Below, in pieces: positions 29,101-44,100 of a stretch of DNA of 64,000 bases; the first letter of the stretch is position 1; every line of letters starts with the position of its first letter. This DNA comes from Oculina patagonica (Eukaryota), in contig NC_135760.1 in the NCBI RefSeq assembly GCF_052425735.1, positions 124,001-188,000 of the forward strand. Direction: 5' to 3'. The notes below the pieces were generated by a model, which saw only the letters and a program-made list of their open reading frames with translations, was not told where the DNA came from and searched no databases. The position numbers and the translations under genes were made by a program.

Positions 29101-32100
29101 AATAAGAAGTGGAGTTGGGGTTATTTTCCCGGCAACTTAGAAAGAAAGAGCATGCTGGTGTAATGGCTAGCTAGAGCAGTTTAACCTGTGATCAGGCGTT
29201 ATTTTTCTCGCAACCGCGCAAAAAAAAGGAACGCCTGATTGCAGGTTAATGAATTCTTATTCCAGGGATTGAAACAGATGTTTATTATAGCTATACTGAA
29301 ACAAGATCAAAGTGTTCATAAACAAGTAAATGACAGGGATTTATCTCGTTACCTTTATATAGAGTCAACTCTCTCTAAGACAGACACTGTCAGGACTGGC
29401 TCCAACTGTCCATCTTAGAGAGGTCTCCCTCTTATAGGGGGTTTAGTTACAGTAAAATGACTGAAAAACGGCAGGGACGGGATGAACAGCAGGTGTCCAT
29501 CTTACAGAGGTGGCCGTTAAGAGAGAGTTGACTATATATAGAATATTTTTTTATGGAAAGTAAACCCTCTTGCATGATTATTACTGATCTCTTCATTTGT
29601 TTCAGGGCAAGCTGCCACTTTTGGCAGGCTCAAAAGATGTTGACCAACTTTTGAAAGATATCCAAATGCCTGATGATCAAGAAATAGTTGGCATCACAGA
29701 ACGGCTGGTTGAACAAGAACCAGTGACTGCAGCTTCCGTCTCACTTAGTGAGCATCCTGTTGAGACTATAACAAATGGAATACAAAGTGTGCAAGCCCTC
29801 GATAAGGTACAGTGCAGATGTAGAAGCAAAACTATGTACAGGCTCGATTTCCACCACTCTCTTAATTTCAGTAGCCAGGAATTGCATTTGCAATTGCATA
29901 AATTGCTTACACACTGCGGAGATCATTTCATTCATTTCATCATTTACTAGCCTCCCATGCAGTCGTTCTTAGGGGCGATCTTAGGGGAGGAGTGAAACAC
30001 GATCGCCCTTAAGAACGACTGCGTGGGAGGCTAATCATTTACCTGCAGTTCACATATATGTCTTTCATATATACACTTTGTCAAACTGTAGACTGTTTAA
30101 ATAAATGCAGCTTAGGACTACCTCAAATTAAGAAAAGTGTACATATTTCACTCAAAATTTCCCAGCAAGTGCATTTTGTAATTTTGGATATTAATTTAAC
30201 ATCTGATACTTTTTTTTGTAGCAAAGTGCTCAGAGCACTCTAAATGATCTACTGGCCTGGCTTACCAGAGCAGAAGCCTTCTTGAAAACCAAGTCCCTTG
30301 AGACTCTAAACCAAGGAAGCCTTTCCAGTACTCTACAACAAGTCGAGGTAAAAAGCATAGCTGAAAGGTCCGAACACCTTTTAATTTAGTCTGCTCTAAA
30401 CCTGGTGGCACAGCAGTAGGAACACTTAACAATGGGTTTTGCAGCAACTACTATACATGTTATAAGTTGACCCTTGATGCCAGTTCACCACTTGTATCTC
30501 CCTGCTTCTGCACCTTTCAATCTAAGGTTCCGCATAGTAAGCAGTAGGCTACCATTGATTTCAGTCATTCAATCAGTCTTAAGAGAGCTCACCAACTTTA
30601 AGTCACTGAAAAAAGTGGTTGTCCCTTTTGGGGATGTATGGTACCTCTAGCAGGATTGCTACTTTTTGGGTAATTGCCCGAGGGGGGGAATTATACCAGA
30701 GGAGTACATGTATGAAACTGTTATTACTCTCAGGAAGTATATAGCTACTTCTGGTAAGTGTATAATTATATAATAAACAGCTTTGTCTTACAACATTGAT
30801 GTAATCATTCTTATCCTTTCTGCTATTTATGTTTATATCAGAATTTACAAGAGCAGCAAACACAAAGAACTCCGCAGTACAACTCTCTGATGCAAGCACT
30901 TATCACCAAGATGGACCCTCAGTTGCAAAGCAAGTTAGGTCTGATGTCTGAAAAATGGATCAGAGTGAAGGAAGAGACTAATGAATGGCACAAAATGTGA
31001 GTTAGGAGAGCAAATTCTCCATAACGTCTTTCTCTTAGTCTTTACGTCTTTCACTTGTAGTTCACATATATCATTCAGGACAGTCAGAAAGAACTTGAAA
31101 TTGACTGACTGCTTGTGGATTGATCGTAGCCCTTTGGTTGAGCAACTGCACCAGAATAAAAAAGATCAAGGGTTCATTTTAGGAAGACCAAGTATCTTTA
31201 AGCCTTTTTTGCAACCGTTAAAGTTATTGTAAAAGTGCCGAGATCTACTTCTCCTTTTATCTTTCACCCACTAATGACTATTCAGCATTCATGATTGAGG
31301 TACATAATTATGTACATGTATACACATTAGGGTTAACAAAGAGACTCAAAGTTTGGAATCTTGTCTCTTATGCTCTACTTTCTATATAGAATAACAAATC
31401 TTTTGTTTTTTTTTGTGCTAGCAGGGCACTCATTATTTTCATTTGGTTATGTTGTTTCTCACCAGACTTGTGTTTTTGCTGAACATTGCTGAACTTGTGT
31501 CAGATCTTGAAGATAGTCTGCGCCGTGTTGAAGTGATTCTCATTCAACAGCCTGGTCTCACTGCTAACCTGAAGGACATTCAACATCAGATCAAAGTTTT
31601 ACAGGTAACAAGAAAAACAACCCACCAAATAATTTCCGTGCACTCTCATTGGACAAAACATATCACGTGGTACAAAATTGGATGAGATGAAGGGATCAGA
31701 CAATATACCCCATCCGATTTGATATCTGATTGTCCTCAAAATTTCACATTTACCCTCGAAGCTTAGCTTCTTGACCAACTGTTCATTTTTCATACAATCT
31801 TTCAGCCTCGGTCATAACCTTCCAATATACCAGCCGCCCAAAGGGGTTTATTTGCTAAATAATAATTTTTTTCGTTGCAGTCCATGAAATAGCTTCGCTA
31901 TTATTTTTCTCTGCTTTTTTTCTACGTTCGTGTTGCCAACAACTTGACACTGTGTCACAGTAGTGTAACATTGTTTTGCTTCAACATATGTGGTAACGTT
32001 GTAGGTAGATGACGGCAAATAAATCCTTTTTTTTCTCACAGGGAGTACTTCAAACTGAAATAGAGCCAAGAAAGAGCAAGATAGAAGATGTACGGAGATC

Positions 32101-35100
32101 ACTTCCCGACCTAAAGGACTTTGACAAGGCCAGAGTGCAGGCCATTCTGGAGAGATGGGAAGCTGCTCAACATCAGATAGATAACCGTCTTGCGGGACTC
32201 GTGCAAGCTGAGCACAAACTAGAGCAGTTTCAAGCTGGACTGCAGAATGAATTGGATTGGTTAAACAGAGTAGAGGAGAAAGTCCAAGACCGAGACTCTA
32301 GCAGAGAGAGTAGTAATGCTGAAAATGTTATGGAAGAACTTACAGTGAGTTGACATATTTTTGGTGCAAGTGTTGGAAAATGATTTGACTGTAGGTTAGA
32401 TTTGTTCATTGGGGTTAAATCCACCATAAAGGTCTAAAACATACTTTGTTTGTTCTATTTGTTTCAGGCACTGTACACAGATATTCGAAGCCAGCAAGTC
32501 CCAATCAAAACTCTTTGCACAGTGGGACATGAATACACGGACGAGTCACAGGTAGGCTGGCATTACTGAAGGCACCTTTGAGGTTCATGAAAACAGGCAC
32601 TGATGTGACATTCACCTTGGCTTGATAATGTCCTTTAAATGGACTGAATAGCATGAAATCCAATGAGGACGTAGTGATTTAAATTAAGATTCTCATACTG
32701 TATCGCTCAGTTGGTGGTGCGTTTCATCCTGTATTTCAAAGAACCCATTGAAGGCTCAGATGTCGTATTCCAGTCCCTGAACTCTCCCTTTCGTGCCGTA
32801 CCGGTATATAGGGGTCCAACCCTCGCGTCTGGGTTTAAACCTTGTATAGGGCGCGGAAGGAAGAGTTCAGGGACTAGAATACAGATCCCGCAACTTTTTA
32901 AGTTGTTTTATAGCTTCACAACTGCGTGCAAAGATGACTTTCATATTCTGTTTGCTATTTGTTGCTAGGTGTGGGAAAGGAACCTCGAGGAGTACCGCCA
33001 CAGCTTGCATCACCTGCCAGAGTCCCGAGACGCTGCCAACCCCCTCCTAGATAGTGCCCAGAAGGGCCGAGAGGAAATAATAGCATCGCTTATGAGTATG
33101 AACGCCAGATACGAGAGACTGTTGAACGAGGTTCAAACTGTCATGGAACAACTTGTGGAGACTTTAAAGAAACAGGGAAAAGAGCATAAAGAGGTTTGTT
33201 CGTTATCTTGGTACCAGAAAGGCAATAAGAAGTTGTTTGGTAACAAAGGGTTCATAAGTCTTCGTAAAATGTTTAGGTTGTCATTTCATATTCCCTTAAG
33301 TAAGGTTCTTCCTACCCTTGTGTGACATTCATCCTTCCCTTTTGTGACGTTCACCTTTCCCTTGTGTCATCCAACCGTTCCTTGTGTGACCTCCACCCTT
33401 CTCTGGTGTGACGTTTATCCTTCCCTTGTGTGACATTCACCCTTCCCTTGTGTGACATCCACCCTTCCATTGTGCCATCCGCGCACTCCTCGTGTGACAC
33501 ACCCTTCTCGTGTGTGCCATTCACCCTTCCCTTGTGTGACGCTAACTGTTCACCCATTCCTTGTGTGACAGTCACCCTGCCTTTGTGTGTGACGTTAAAC
33601 TTTGATATTCATCATTCTGTTGTGTAGGTTGAAGAGGCATGTTTACAGTGGTGCTCTTCGATCCAGCACTTGCTTGATTGGCTGTCAGACACTGAGAAAA
33701 CCCTGCTAGCTCAAACAGCCTCCCCCGCAGATGTCAAGGCACTAGAAGAGCAGATTGAAGAGCAGAAGGTAAGAGACTGGTGACAAGATGTTTAATGTGC
33801 CTTTATTGAGTCAGGGTCTTCGGGTATTTCTTTCTAGCGGTGATCAATTTGTAATTTCTCTGAACATTGCCATAAATCAAAGAAGGAAAGTTAAGAGGAT
33901 TAGGAAGCTGATCAACTTGGGATTAGGGCCATGATTAAAAAGGCAAAATAAACATACCGCATAAAATAAAGTTGGGATAACTTTGAAAATGATACTGGGA
34001 GCAAAACGAAGAATAACGCCTTAGAATAGCGGAGCATGCCAAACTTGACAAACGTTTTGAAATTCCTATTTCTAAACATTTTGCAAGCGAAATAGCACCA
34101 CGGCAAAGTGTAGACTTTATTTGAAAGGTCATACACTATATTTTCATCCGCTACAGCATCGAGTTAGAATTGCCTTGTTCAATATAATAAACAGCACCAC
34201 GTGAAACTGCAACTCAGCAACTTTCATTTGAATGGTCACGCACTAGGGTTTTATCCACAGCCTTAATAACAGTTAGAACCACGTTGCACAACATAGTAAA
34301 CAGCACCACATGAAAGTTCAGTTCAATAGCTTTGATATGAATGATAACGTACTGGGATTGAAAAGGCGGGAAAGGTCTAAATTTAATTAGCAGGTATATA
34401 ATAAAAACAAAAATAGCTGTTTGTATTGAACAAAATATGTTTTTAGTTTTTCTGTACTTGTTAGTAAATGCCAGCGTAACGTTGTTTCAGTCTGAATTCG
34501 ATCGGTTGTGGCCGACATTCTGGCTTTGGCAAACTATTCGTATTTGTATCTTTTGTGTCTAACTCCCTTGAGACAAGTATGTTGAATAAGGCAAGATTTT
34601 AGGATTAATTTGCAAATAATCAGCAAACAAACTTTCCTGGTGATTTTAATAATCACGTAAAACAAACAGATCGCGTGTATGAAGTGAAGTTCAGCACAAC
34701 GTAGGCCAGAAACACAAGCAAGCGACCAAATGCAAATAAGCGTACAACAAGAATCGTTGTTTTTCATTGTCACCAACGATAATAAACTCAAGTAATCGTC
34801 TTCTGTTGATCGAAGATTGGTTCAATTGATTAAGTTGATGGAGTTTAAGATTCCACTGAAGACATGGACGCTTTGGCTGTTTTTCTTCGCCATGTTTTGT
34901 GACGTCGAAGCCAGGTTCGTTAACACGATTATGACTTTCGAGTTTGTCATTATGGCTTAAGTATCGCTTCACAATGTTCTGTAATTGTGTACTGTATAAG
35001 GAAAAAAGCCTTCTTACAGTATAAATGTATTCGCTCTCGAGTTTGGTTTGTTCTTCGCGCCAAAATATTTCATCGGCAGTTTAGAAAACTCAGAAAAGTG

Positions 35101-38100
35101 AAGCTAGTAAAATGAAGCTACATGTGCGTTCTCTTCCAGCACAAAGCTTCACGTTTGTTTCTTTTACAACTGCAACTCGTCAGCGAAGGAACAAATTTGC
35201 TTAATTAAGTAAGAATACGTTTGGCGAGCATTTGTTTGCATTATCAATTCGACAAGAGCCGTTTCAAATTGTTCGAGTGTTGCTTGTACTTCTCTCGAGT
35301 TACAAAAGCTCTTTGTTGAACTCATCGAAAGAGGTTACCTTATTCGGTCCGCGGAGGCGATGACTTTGTGCAAAGTAACCGTTTTTAATCTCTTAATAAC
35401 TGAAGTTGCCACTCTAAAAGCCTTTTTCCCGTGCATCAGCTTAAGTTTTTATATTGTAATGCATATTAATGAAACGTTAAGATGCAAATGACACATTACT
35501 GTATTGATTTTTGTTTTGATATATTGAAAAGGTGCTTAGAGAACACGTATGAGCACTGTACGGGCAGATCTGTTTGAAAGCTTTACGCATTAATGTAAAC
35601 TGTTCATAAGTATTCAATTTTTTTCTTTTATTGCTTATGCATGCTGATTAGTTAACCCAATTGCTTGTAAGCAATATAAAGTAAATCTCTTGGGGCTGTA
35701 TTGTTACTATAAGTGAGTTATTCTTCGTTAGGTGATAACATCTTCAGACGTTTTAGGGAAAATCGTCTTTCGATTTAAGAAATGTCGGCGATTTCGTGTG
35801 ATTATAAAAAGCGTTTTACGACTGCAAACTGATACGCATTCTAGATGAACTAATTGTTGGTTGTTTTTTGTTTCAATTAGAGATTCACTAAGGCTGTTTA
35901 TGAGCGGAAGAAACCAGTCGAAGTCATGCTCTTACAGAGCAAACAGTTCTTGAAAGGCAGCGGTCAGCTTCTGTCGCCCACGAAAAAAGCCGAACTCGAC
36001 ACGAAGATGAGCATTTTGGAAGCGAGGTGGGGACGACTACAAGCCGAGCTTGACAATCGGTACATGAGACTCGTAAGGATTCACGAGAAGCTCACGAAGT
36101 TTGAGGAACTACTGCATCCATTCTTGGTATGTATAGGTGTTAAATTAATTAAAATGTTTTGAAAAAGGAAGAGGTGGGGGGGGGGGGGGGGGGAGGAGGA
36201 GGAGGAGGAAGGGAGAAATTGTCTTTCCCACAAAGTTTCAGCTAGGATCCATCACTTCTACATATGTATTCCTTATGACTGTGGGATTAAAGTCTTTTAT
36301 TCCAAAATAGTTTCTTTTACTTTGTTCATAGCAAATCAGTTTTCACCGCAGCATAAATACGTCAGGCGTTCTTGATTGTTTTTGTAGTAAAGATATGTCG
36401 TTCGGACAGAGCAGGTTACTCGTGCCGCAAAATGAACCGAGCTTTCAAATACATCGCGGATCATTTTTTGTTATTATTTGTTTTTACTATGTGCGCCGTT
36501 GGTCATAACTTTTTGAAGTTGATAAATCATTTATCCTGGTAAAAAGCCGATCAGCTGATCTCGCTGAACTGTTATCAGACTTATATTCAATTACACCGCC
36601 GCCAAAACAACAGACGAAAAGCCGTCTTCGTCTGCAGATACGGAAAGACCAGTTTCCGAGATAACTGCGTTCATGCCGGTTTTAGTCCCTTAACTGGAAG
36701 AGTTACCCCTCCCAGGCTTGTAAAATGCAGTTAAACTTCCCACAAGCGGCCGTCTCGGGACCATGTTGTGTCTATTTTCGGGGAATATGTATCAGTATAG
36801 GATTAGGCAGAAAAAATGTGTAGTCGTGAACCGTCAATAAATCGATACAGTGTAACTCTAAAGAAAAAAAGTCAAACAGCTGATAATAAAAAAGGAACAA
36901 ACTGATGATGGTTAAGACATTTATGAAAGGTTTTTCAAGCCAATCTGTTTTATCCTTATAACCGGGCCTTAAATGTCATAAATGTCTTCTACCGATCGCA
37001 ATACTGTTTCCAGTATGATGGTTAAGATTGAGATGTAGACGGATTACGAGAGCCTTGGATTTCATTCTCAATCCGTCTGAATCTTCGACATTTTAACCAT
37101 CCTCATTCTTGTTTGGTTTATTCGTACCTCTTAAATGTTTTTCTATCTCATCAAACTGCCATTTTTGTGGAAAATTTTGCACATCACAAAACTGAACGTC
37201 TAGGTTCAAGCCCTGCCCGGGGTCACTGTTGTGTTCTTGGGCAAGACACTTAACCTCAAACTGCTTTTTTCCGCCCAGGAGCCGTATAAACATACTAAAT
37301 GATTACTGTTAATCGGACATTTGTAATGGGTGCATTTTATTATATTTTTAGGCCTGGCTTAAGAAAGCGGAGGATCAGGGAAGCGCCATTTTACTAGATG
37401 CGAAAGATCTACAAAGAGCGCAGGATAAACTGCTCATTCACAAGGTTAGTATTGGCGAAAAAGTAAGCATTGAGCAAGAATTATGTTAACTGTAAAAAAA
37501 CTAGCACAGTGGGGGACATCAAGAAAAAAATCATTGTTTCAGTGGTCAGTAATCCTTCAGAGGTCAGACAAACTTTGTTGTGAAAAGAATGATTTTTTTT
37601 GGAACATGACACATTTTGTTAGTCGGAATCGTAAGATTTGTATACGGATTGTGAGATTAACTGCGTGACACATTCGAAATATGCCAAGAATGCTTACATT
37701 ATTTTCCCGCCATCATATGTCGCACGCTAAGACTCTTAAATGCTACTTATTCTTATTTCTAGTTTGTACGTACCCCACATATCTACGCCAGAAAAAATCT
37801 TGAAGCGTTACATTTCTTCGTAATCATTCAAAAGTGACTCATGCAAGCATAAATTGAAGAATTTATTTTATTTTAATCGCGCTCTATTGTCCTATTACTT
37901 GTCACTGTTTTTGTCGCGTTTGACATTTTTATTAAGTAAATATTTACCGAACTAAGCGTTATTGAGACGAGTCACACAAGAAGGGATTTGTACTCTTGGA
38001 ATCCTTTGATCCTTTTATCCGAGATCTTAAATTGCTGTGTGTCTGATAGTTTTCTTTCGCCTGTCCTTTTGCAAAAACAAGTTTGGCGCTCGCTACATAA

Positions 38101-41100
38101 TGGGGCTTGTAAATATTTTGTTGCCTTTCGTTGTAGCATTTTGTTGACGACGTTAAAGATCACGAACGAGATCTGAAGGAGGTGAATCAGAGTGGAGAAG
38201 ACTTCCTACACGAAGCAAAGGTGACTGTTATTCATTTTCCTTTTTAACACAGTACCATTTGGAAATGATATCCTCGCTTACAGACCCATGCATATCCTAG
38301 CGGCCGGTCAGCTTTGCGTCAAATTAACTTGGAAACGCAAACATTTCAATTTATGCGTTTCTGACATTTCTTGATTGTGTTTATTCTGAAGCTTAAAATG
38401 ATACTATTAGGTTATAACCTTGAAACTAACAGCACTATAAAACCTAACAAGGATATTTACTGTCCAATGTACTATTATATACACGAGTTCAGGTCTTGTT
38501 ATGTGACTTCGCTATCCTGTCTTACTGAGAAATGTAGATACGATCATTGAAATCTTGAGAAATTGGCAATTTAACCGGAAATGGAACAACTTTTTGCAAA
38601 CATCATACTAACGCTTTCATTTCTGAGTTCAAAATAGTTAATTCTCCTGGTCAAAGGATTTGTGCTACATCAAGACCGTTTCCATCAGTTGACAATTGTC
38701 TTTATTCTCCGCACATGTCCTTTTGAACGTGTATCTATATTGTAACGAGAAATTAGATGTTGAACACTCTTTGAATATTACCAAGTGTCCAGAGGAAGCT
38801 TAATTGGGTGAAACTTGTTTTGCTTGAAGGTTTTCCACGCAGAACTCGAGCGCTCTGTCGCCACGTTAGAATCCGCTGATGTCAAATCGCCGACTCAAGT
38901 TATTCCAGATCCGAATGAGAAGTCCTGGGTACTAGAGAACAAGCTTGCCGATATCAACGAGCGATATAGCAGGTAAAAGGTGTTTAGTAATGTGTTTTTA
39001 ATTTGAAGGATACCTTTATCCGACCGACATAGCAAATGTCACGTATCGGCAGTCTTGTGTTACATATCTCGTCACGCATCCCTCATTATATTACATCTCC
39101 TACCCTATTGGCCTCCATCACAGATGTGTTTGTAAGCCCTCAAGAAAGTCTGCATAGGAGGCAATCATTCTATTGGCGTTTCATCCCCGGGCTCACATCT
39201 CACGCTTGTAACATCTGATGTCCTGCATCTAACTTGAGTTACGTTTCCTGACACACACCGTACGTGACATCTCCTGTCACGCACTCTTACATCCCTGGCA
39301 CGCATTCTACTAACGTTACATTTTTGTTGTGTTCCATCTCCAGGCGCGTATGGGGCGNNNNNNNNNNNNNNNNNNNNNNNNNNNNNNNNNNNNNNNNNNN
39401 NNNNNNNNNNNNNNNNNNNNNNNNNNNNNNNNNNNNNNNNNNNNNNNNNNNNNNNNNNNNNNNNNNNNNNNNNNNNNNNNNNNNNNNNNNNNNNNNNNNN
39501 NNNNNNNNNNNNNNNNNNNNNNNNNNNNNNNNNNNNNNNNNNNNNNNNNNNNNNNNNNNNNNNNNNNNNNNNNNNNNNNNNNNNNNNNNNNNNNNNNNNN
39601 NNNNNNNNNNNNNNNNNNNNNNNNNNNNNNNNNNNNNNNNNNNNNNNNNNNNNNNNNNNNNNNNNNNNNNNNNNNNNNNNNNNNNNNNNNNNNNNNNNNN
39701 NNNNNNNNNNNNNNNNNNNNNNNNNNNNNNNNNNNNNNNNNNNNNNNNNNNNNNNNNNNNNNNNNNNNNNNNNNNNNNNNNNNNNNNNNNNNNNNNNNNN
39801 NNNNNNNNNNNNNNNNNNNNNNNNNNNNNNNNNNNNNNNNNNNNNNNNNNNNNNNNNATACTTACGAATTTTAGTCATCGTTATTCAACGGATTTCTATT
39901 TCGAGCGTTTTTACACACTTGTTGTAACTGAGAGCGTTTGTTAATTTCTCGCAGGCTACTGTTGCTACTCAGTGAACAAGGAACTATCTTGGACCGCTCG
40001 TGGCGGCAGTTACGCGAATACGACAGTCAAGCATCACAAGTGTTACCTTGGTTAAACAACGCAGAGGACACACTAGCAAGATACATGGCGCAGCCTATAA
40101 AACCAGATCCCACAGCCATTAAACATCAAATCGGCGACCTAAAGGTAATCATAAATGAAAGGAAAACAGCTTTACAATGTTTTAACATCTGATCGATAAC
40201 ATGTTGCAACATGTTCGTAAAAAGTTTTGACAGGCCTAAGTAAAGCAAATTTTAGGCTTCTTGTTTAGTAGAGATTGTAGCGACGGTTAGGAGGGATTAA
40301 ACGTTTTTATACGTGGTTTGTGAAGCTGGCGTGAAAGGAGGGCCGAGAATATAAAACAAATATTTCAAATGAAAAAATGATAGAGTATCCAATCAGTAGT
40401 TTAGCAGCTCTCGTACGCTTTTCATTTTGCTGATCCTCTAGTGTAGCAGTTGATATTGTTTTTGGGGCTAGGGGCATTGTTCCTATTATTTGTTCCACTG
40501 TTCTCTCGAAGGAGAGAAAATAATTCATGTGAGTCGTTTGAGAGCTGCTACCCGACACAATCTTTATAGACAGGAAGCTAACCAGCTGACGGCTCGTGGC
40601 ACCATAGGGGGCTCGATTCTCGGACTCTGTATTACAAGACCTGTGTCCCAACCACTCGGCCACGTTGTGTCGCAAAGAAAACGAAAAAGGGGTCAGGAAA
40701 CTAGAGGAGAAAACTAACTATAAAGATCTTTTATTTGACTTGAACAGATGACAATATTTACCTAAACTAAAAAACACTGTGCTCTTGTCGACAATCGATG
40801 TTTATCCTTTTATCAGACACTGCAGACAGAAGTGAATTCCCATCAAGCGGAGATCGTAGCTGTTGGCGTGCTCGGTCACAGCATTGAAGGGTTGATTCGC
40901 ACCCCCGAGTTTGAGCGAGGAAAGTCCATAAATGAACGATACGACCAGCTGTGTGCAAACATCACTGTGTATCAGGCCAAGCTGCAGTCCGCTCTCACGA
41001 CGTCACAGAACTTTAAGGATGGACTGGATGCCACTATCAAGGCACTGAACGAGCTCAAGAAACAGCTGGACAAACTACCGCCCGTGTCACGCAATCTCGT

Positions 41101-44100
41101 TGAACTTAGAAACCAGGCGCAACAGTTCAAGGTAACGCGAGAAACCATTTGTTTGTTCTGATTGATAAAAACATCGCTTTCCTTAACTGGATCACACGCT
41201 GGTTGACCCGATTTTTTCTTTTCTATTTTGCTTGTGTGGCAACGTACAAAACTACCTTTTAAACTAAGAATTATAGTATGCCATAGTAAGACTTGTAGTA
41301 GGGGTACAAGTAGTATTGGGTAGGTACGTAAATGTAGGCGATAACGAGCTCTTAGGGACGGACCAGTATTTTTTGGAGGGGTGGGGGGGGGGGGGGTCAA
41401 ATTTTTTTCAAGACAAACAATTTTTTTTCGGTGTTGTTGTCTGTGCAAACAATTTTTCTGGCTGCATCTTCCTGCAGACAATGTTTTTTGATGTCTGTAA
41501 ACAATTTATTTGGGCTTTTTTGCTTTTGCAAACAATTTTTTCAGGATTTTTGATCCCCCCTCCAAAAAAATGGCCCGTACCTAAATTCAAGTTGTAATGG
41601 GAGACTTAAAAAAGAAGCCAACCTTAATCAAGTTTTATGTTGGTTGTTTTCGGAATCAGCTGAGATTTCTTTTCTTGTCAGGCTCTTCAAGTCGAAGTAA
41701 ACCGTCATGGCACCTCTGTGGAAGCTCTGAACGAGATGTTCCACTTGCAAAAGAAGAAACAAAAAGAGTCCAAACTAAAACAGATGAACAAGCTGTGGGT
41801 TGAAGTGATGGAAAGATCCGACAAGCGAAAAGAAGAGCTCAAGAGCGTGTTCATTATGATCGCAAAAGATTTTGAACGCTGGGAACTGGGAATGATTAAG
41901 CGACTTGACTCTGGTGAACTGGTGACTAGTGACATACTTGTGTTTGAAGAGAAGTTACAGGTGAGTGGCATTCTCGAGCTCAAAATATAAATTCTCCTTT
42001 CTGGTCCTATACATTTCATTATATGTTATTCGTGAGAATTTTTTGGTACTTGAAGGTTAACAAGCATTCCTAATTGTTGAAGGACTTGTAAAAGCTTTGG
42101 GAACACTCTTAAATGGCTTGCTCTCCCGTTTCACAGAATCTTTCTTTCTCCCAAACACCAACTTACGGCTTTGTCGTGACATCACCTTGTTTCTCTGTAT
42201 CGAAGTTATTTGCTAATCGGCCGAGATCGTTTTTTCCGAAAACTCGTCTGTCCGATTTGTTTACCGTCGTTTATTGAATGCCATGCAACGCAATGCGTCA
42301 TTTACCTCACTACAAATTACTTACTACAAAATCCCTTTGCTGTTTTTCATTTGTTAGCATTTCCAAGATGAAGTAGAAAAGATGCGACCAGCCTTTCAGT
42401 CTGTGAATCAAGGAGGGCACGAGCTGATAAATCTGGAGAAGAACAAACAACAGTCCATCATCTTAGAAACGTTAGACCGTGTCAATAAGGACTGGCAAAC
42501 TTTGGCCATTAAACTGCTCAACACCACAGCTAAGTTTGACGAGTTACAGGAGCAATCAGAGAAGTTTTACACAGTCTACAAAAGCGTCACTGTCTGGTTA
42601 GACAACATGGAAGTGAGGCTTGTTTCCATGCCCCCAGTGGGTCTCGACCCTGATGTGCTCAGCTCGCAGATGAAAGAACAGAAGGTAAAAGAATGAGCCA
42701 TTTCAAAATTCGTCAGTTAAAAAAATGTGAAGGGCAAGCCAGTGAATTTAGAACTGACTCTCTTCTTTTCAAATTGACACCGAGTTTCCAATATTGGGGG
42801 CTTGTTATCCCTTCACCGTAGATCCATTACAGTATTTTCAACCGTTGTAAATTAATTCACCCCTCCAGAATGTTGGAGTAGGTTGAATTTTTTTCAATCT
42901 CGTTTCCAGGGCTTTTCCCTTGGTAATTTGGGAACGAGGTTATCATGAACCAATGTGAGTGATGATTAGTCGATTAGCTCACGACAGTTACTCAGACATC
43001 CTAGCGCCCAATTATTGTGCTCAGTCTCCTTTCAGTTTTAGGAGGGGCGAATTGACGTGTCTTTTTTATCGCAAGTGACAGATTCTTGGTTCTAACTATG
43101 TTGGTTCGACTTTTTTGTTAGGCGTTACAGAATGAAGCCGTACAGTACAAGGCTCAAATTGATCTCCTTGTTGGCCTTGGAAAGGTCATCATTAGCATCA
43201 CAGCCCTACAGCCCAGCGAAACGCCCCAGTCCCCTCTCGAGGAGGACTTGACATCAGTGCGCACGCGGTACGATGAAGTATGGAAGGGCCTGGAAACACG
43301 TAACGTGACATTAGAGATCACAGTGTTACACATGGAGAAATACAGGAGACTGGTGAGGAATATAACAATTTTCCTGGGACGGACGGAGAAGAGGCTGGAA
43401 AAGTTGGAACCCGTTGGTGGAGACACGGACACAATCAGGCGGCAAATATCTGAACACAAGGTAAGAACCAATGGTTCCTGTCACGCAACGCGTCCGAACG
43501 TAACATTATGTGACGGCCCGGGTAACCCCTGGTATGTTTGAACGCAAAAAAGAAAGTGTTACTTTTTGTCACGCAGCAATTCTTGAGGAAACATTGCTTG
43601 GCGACTCAAGTAACGTTTGCAAGTGTTTGAACGCGAAATGAAAGCGCCGAAGCTACTCAGGACTCGTTAAGTTAACATTTGCGAATTGAAAACGGTGCTA
43701 GATTTTCGTTTGTTTTTCTTACAACATAAATCACATCTGGTAATAATTACCTCTTGTCTGAACGTAATTTGGTGCAACTCTTTTGTTGCTAAACAGAAAT
43801 GAAATAAAAAACATGGTTGCATTTAATTCGTTGTATAGTAATCTGAACATGGTTGTATATGATGCTAACAGAATTACTTGTGACCTCTTTACTCAGACCC
43901 TTCAAAAAGAAATCACTCAGAACCAGGGCGATGTTGCGCTGCTCTTGAAGGCGGGAAATGATTTGTTAGAAGGCCGTGAAGGAGCTGCCGGGAGTGACGA
44001 AATCCAGGTCAGTAAATCCTTCCATCCTATTCTTAACCTTGCAGAATTCATATTGCAAGGAACCAAGACAGAAGTAGCTGCTACCCGACCCAACAAAGAG

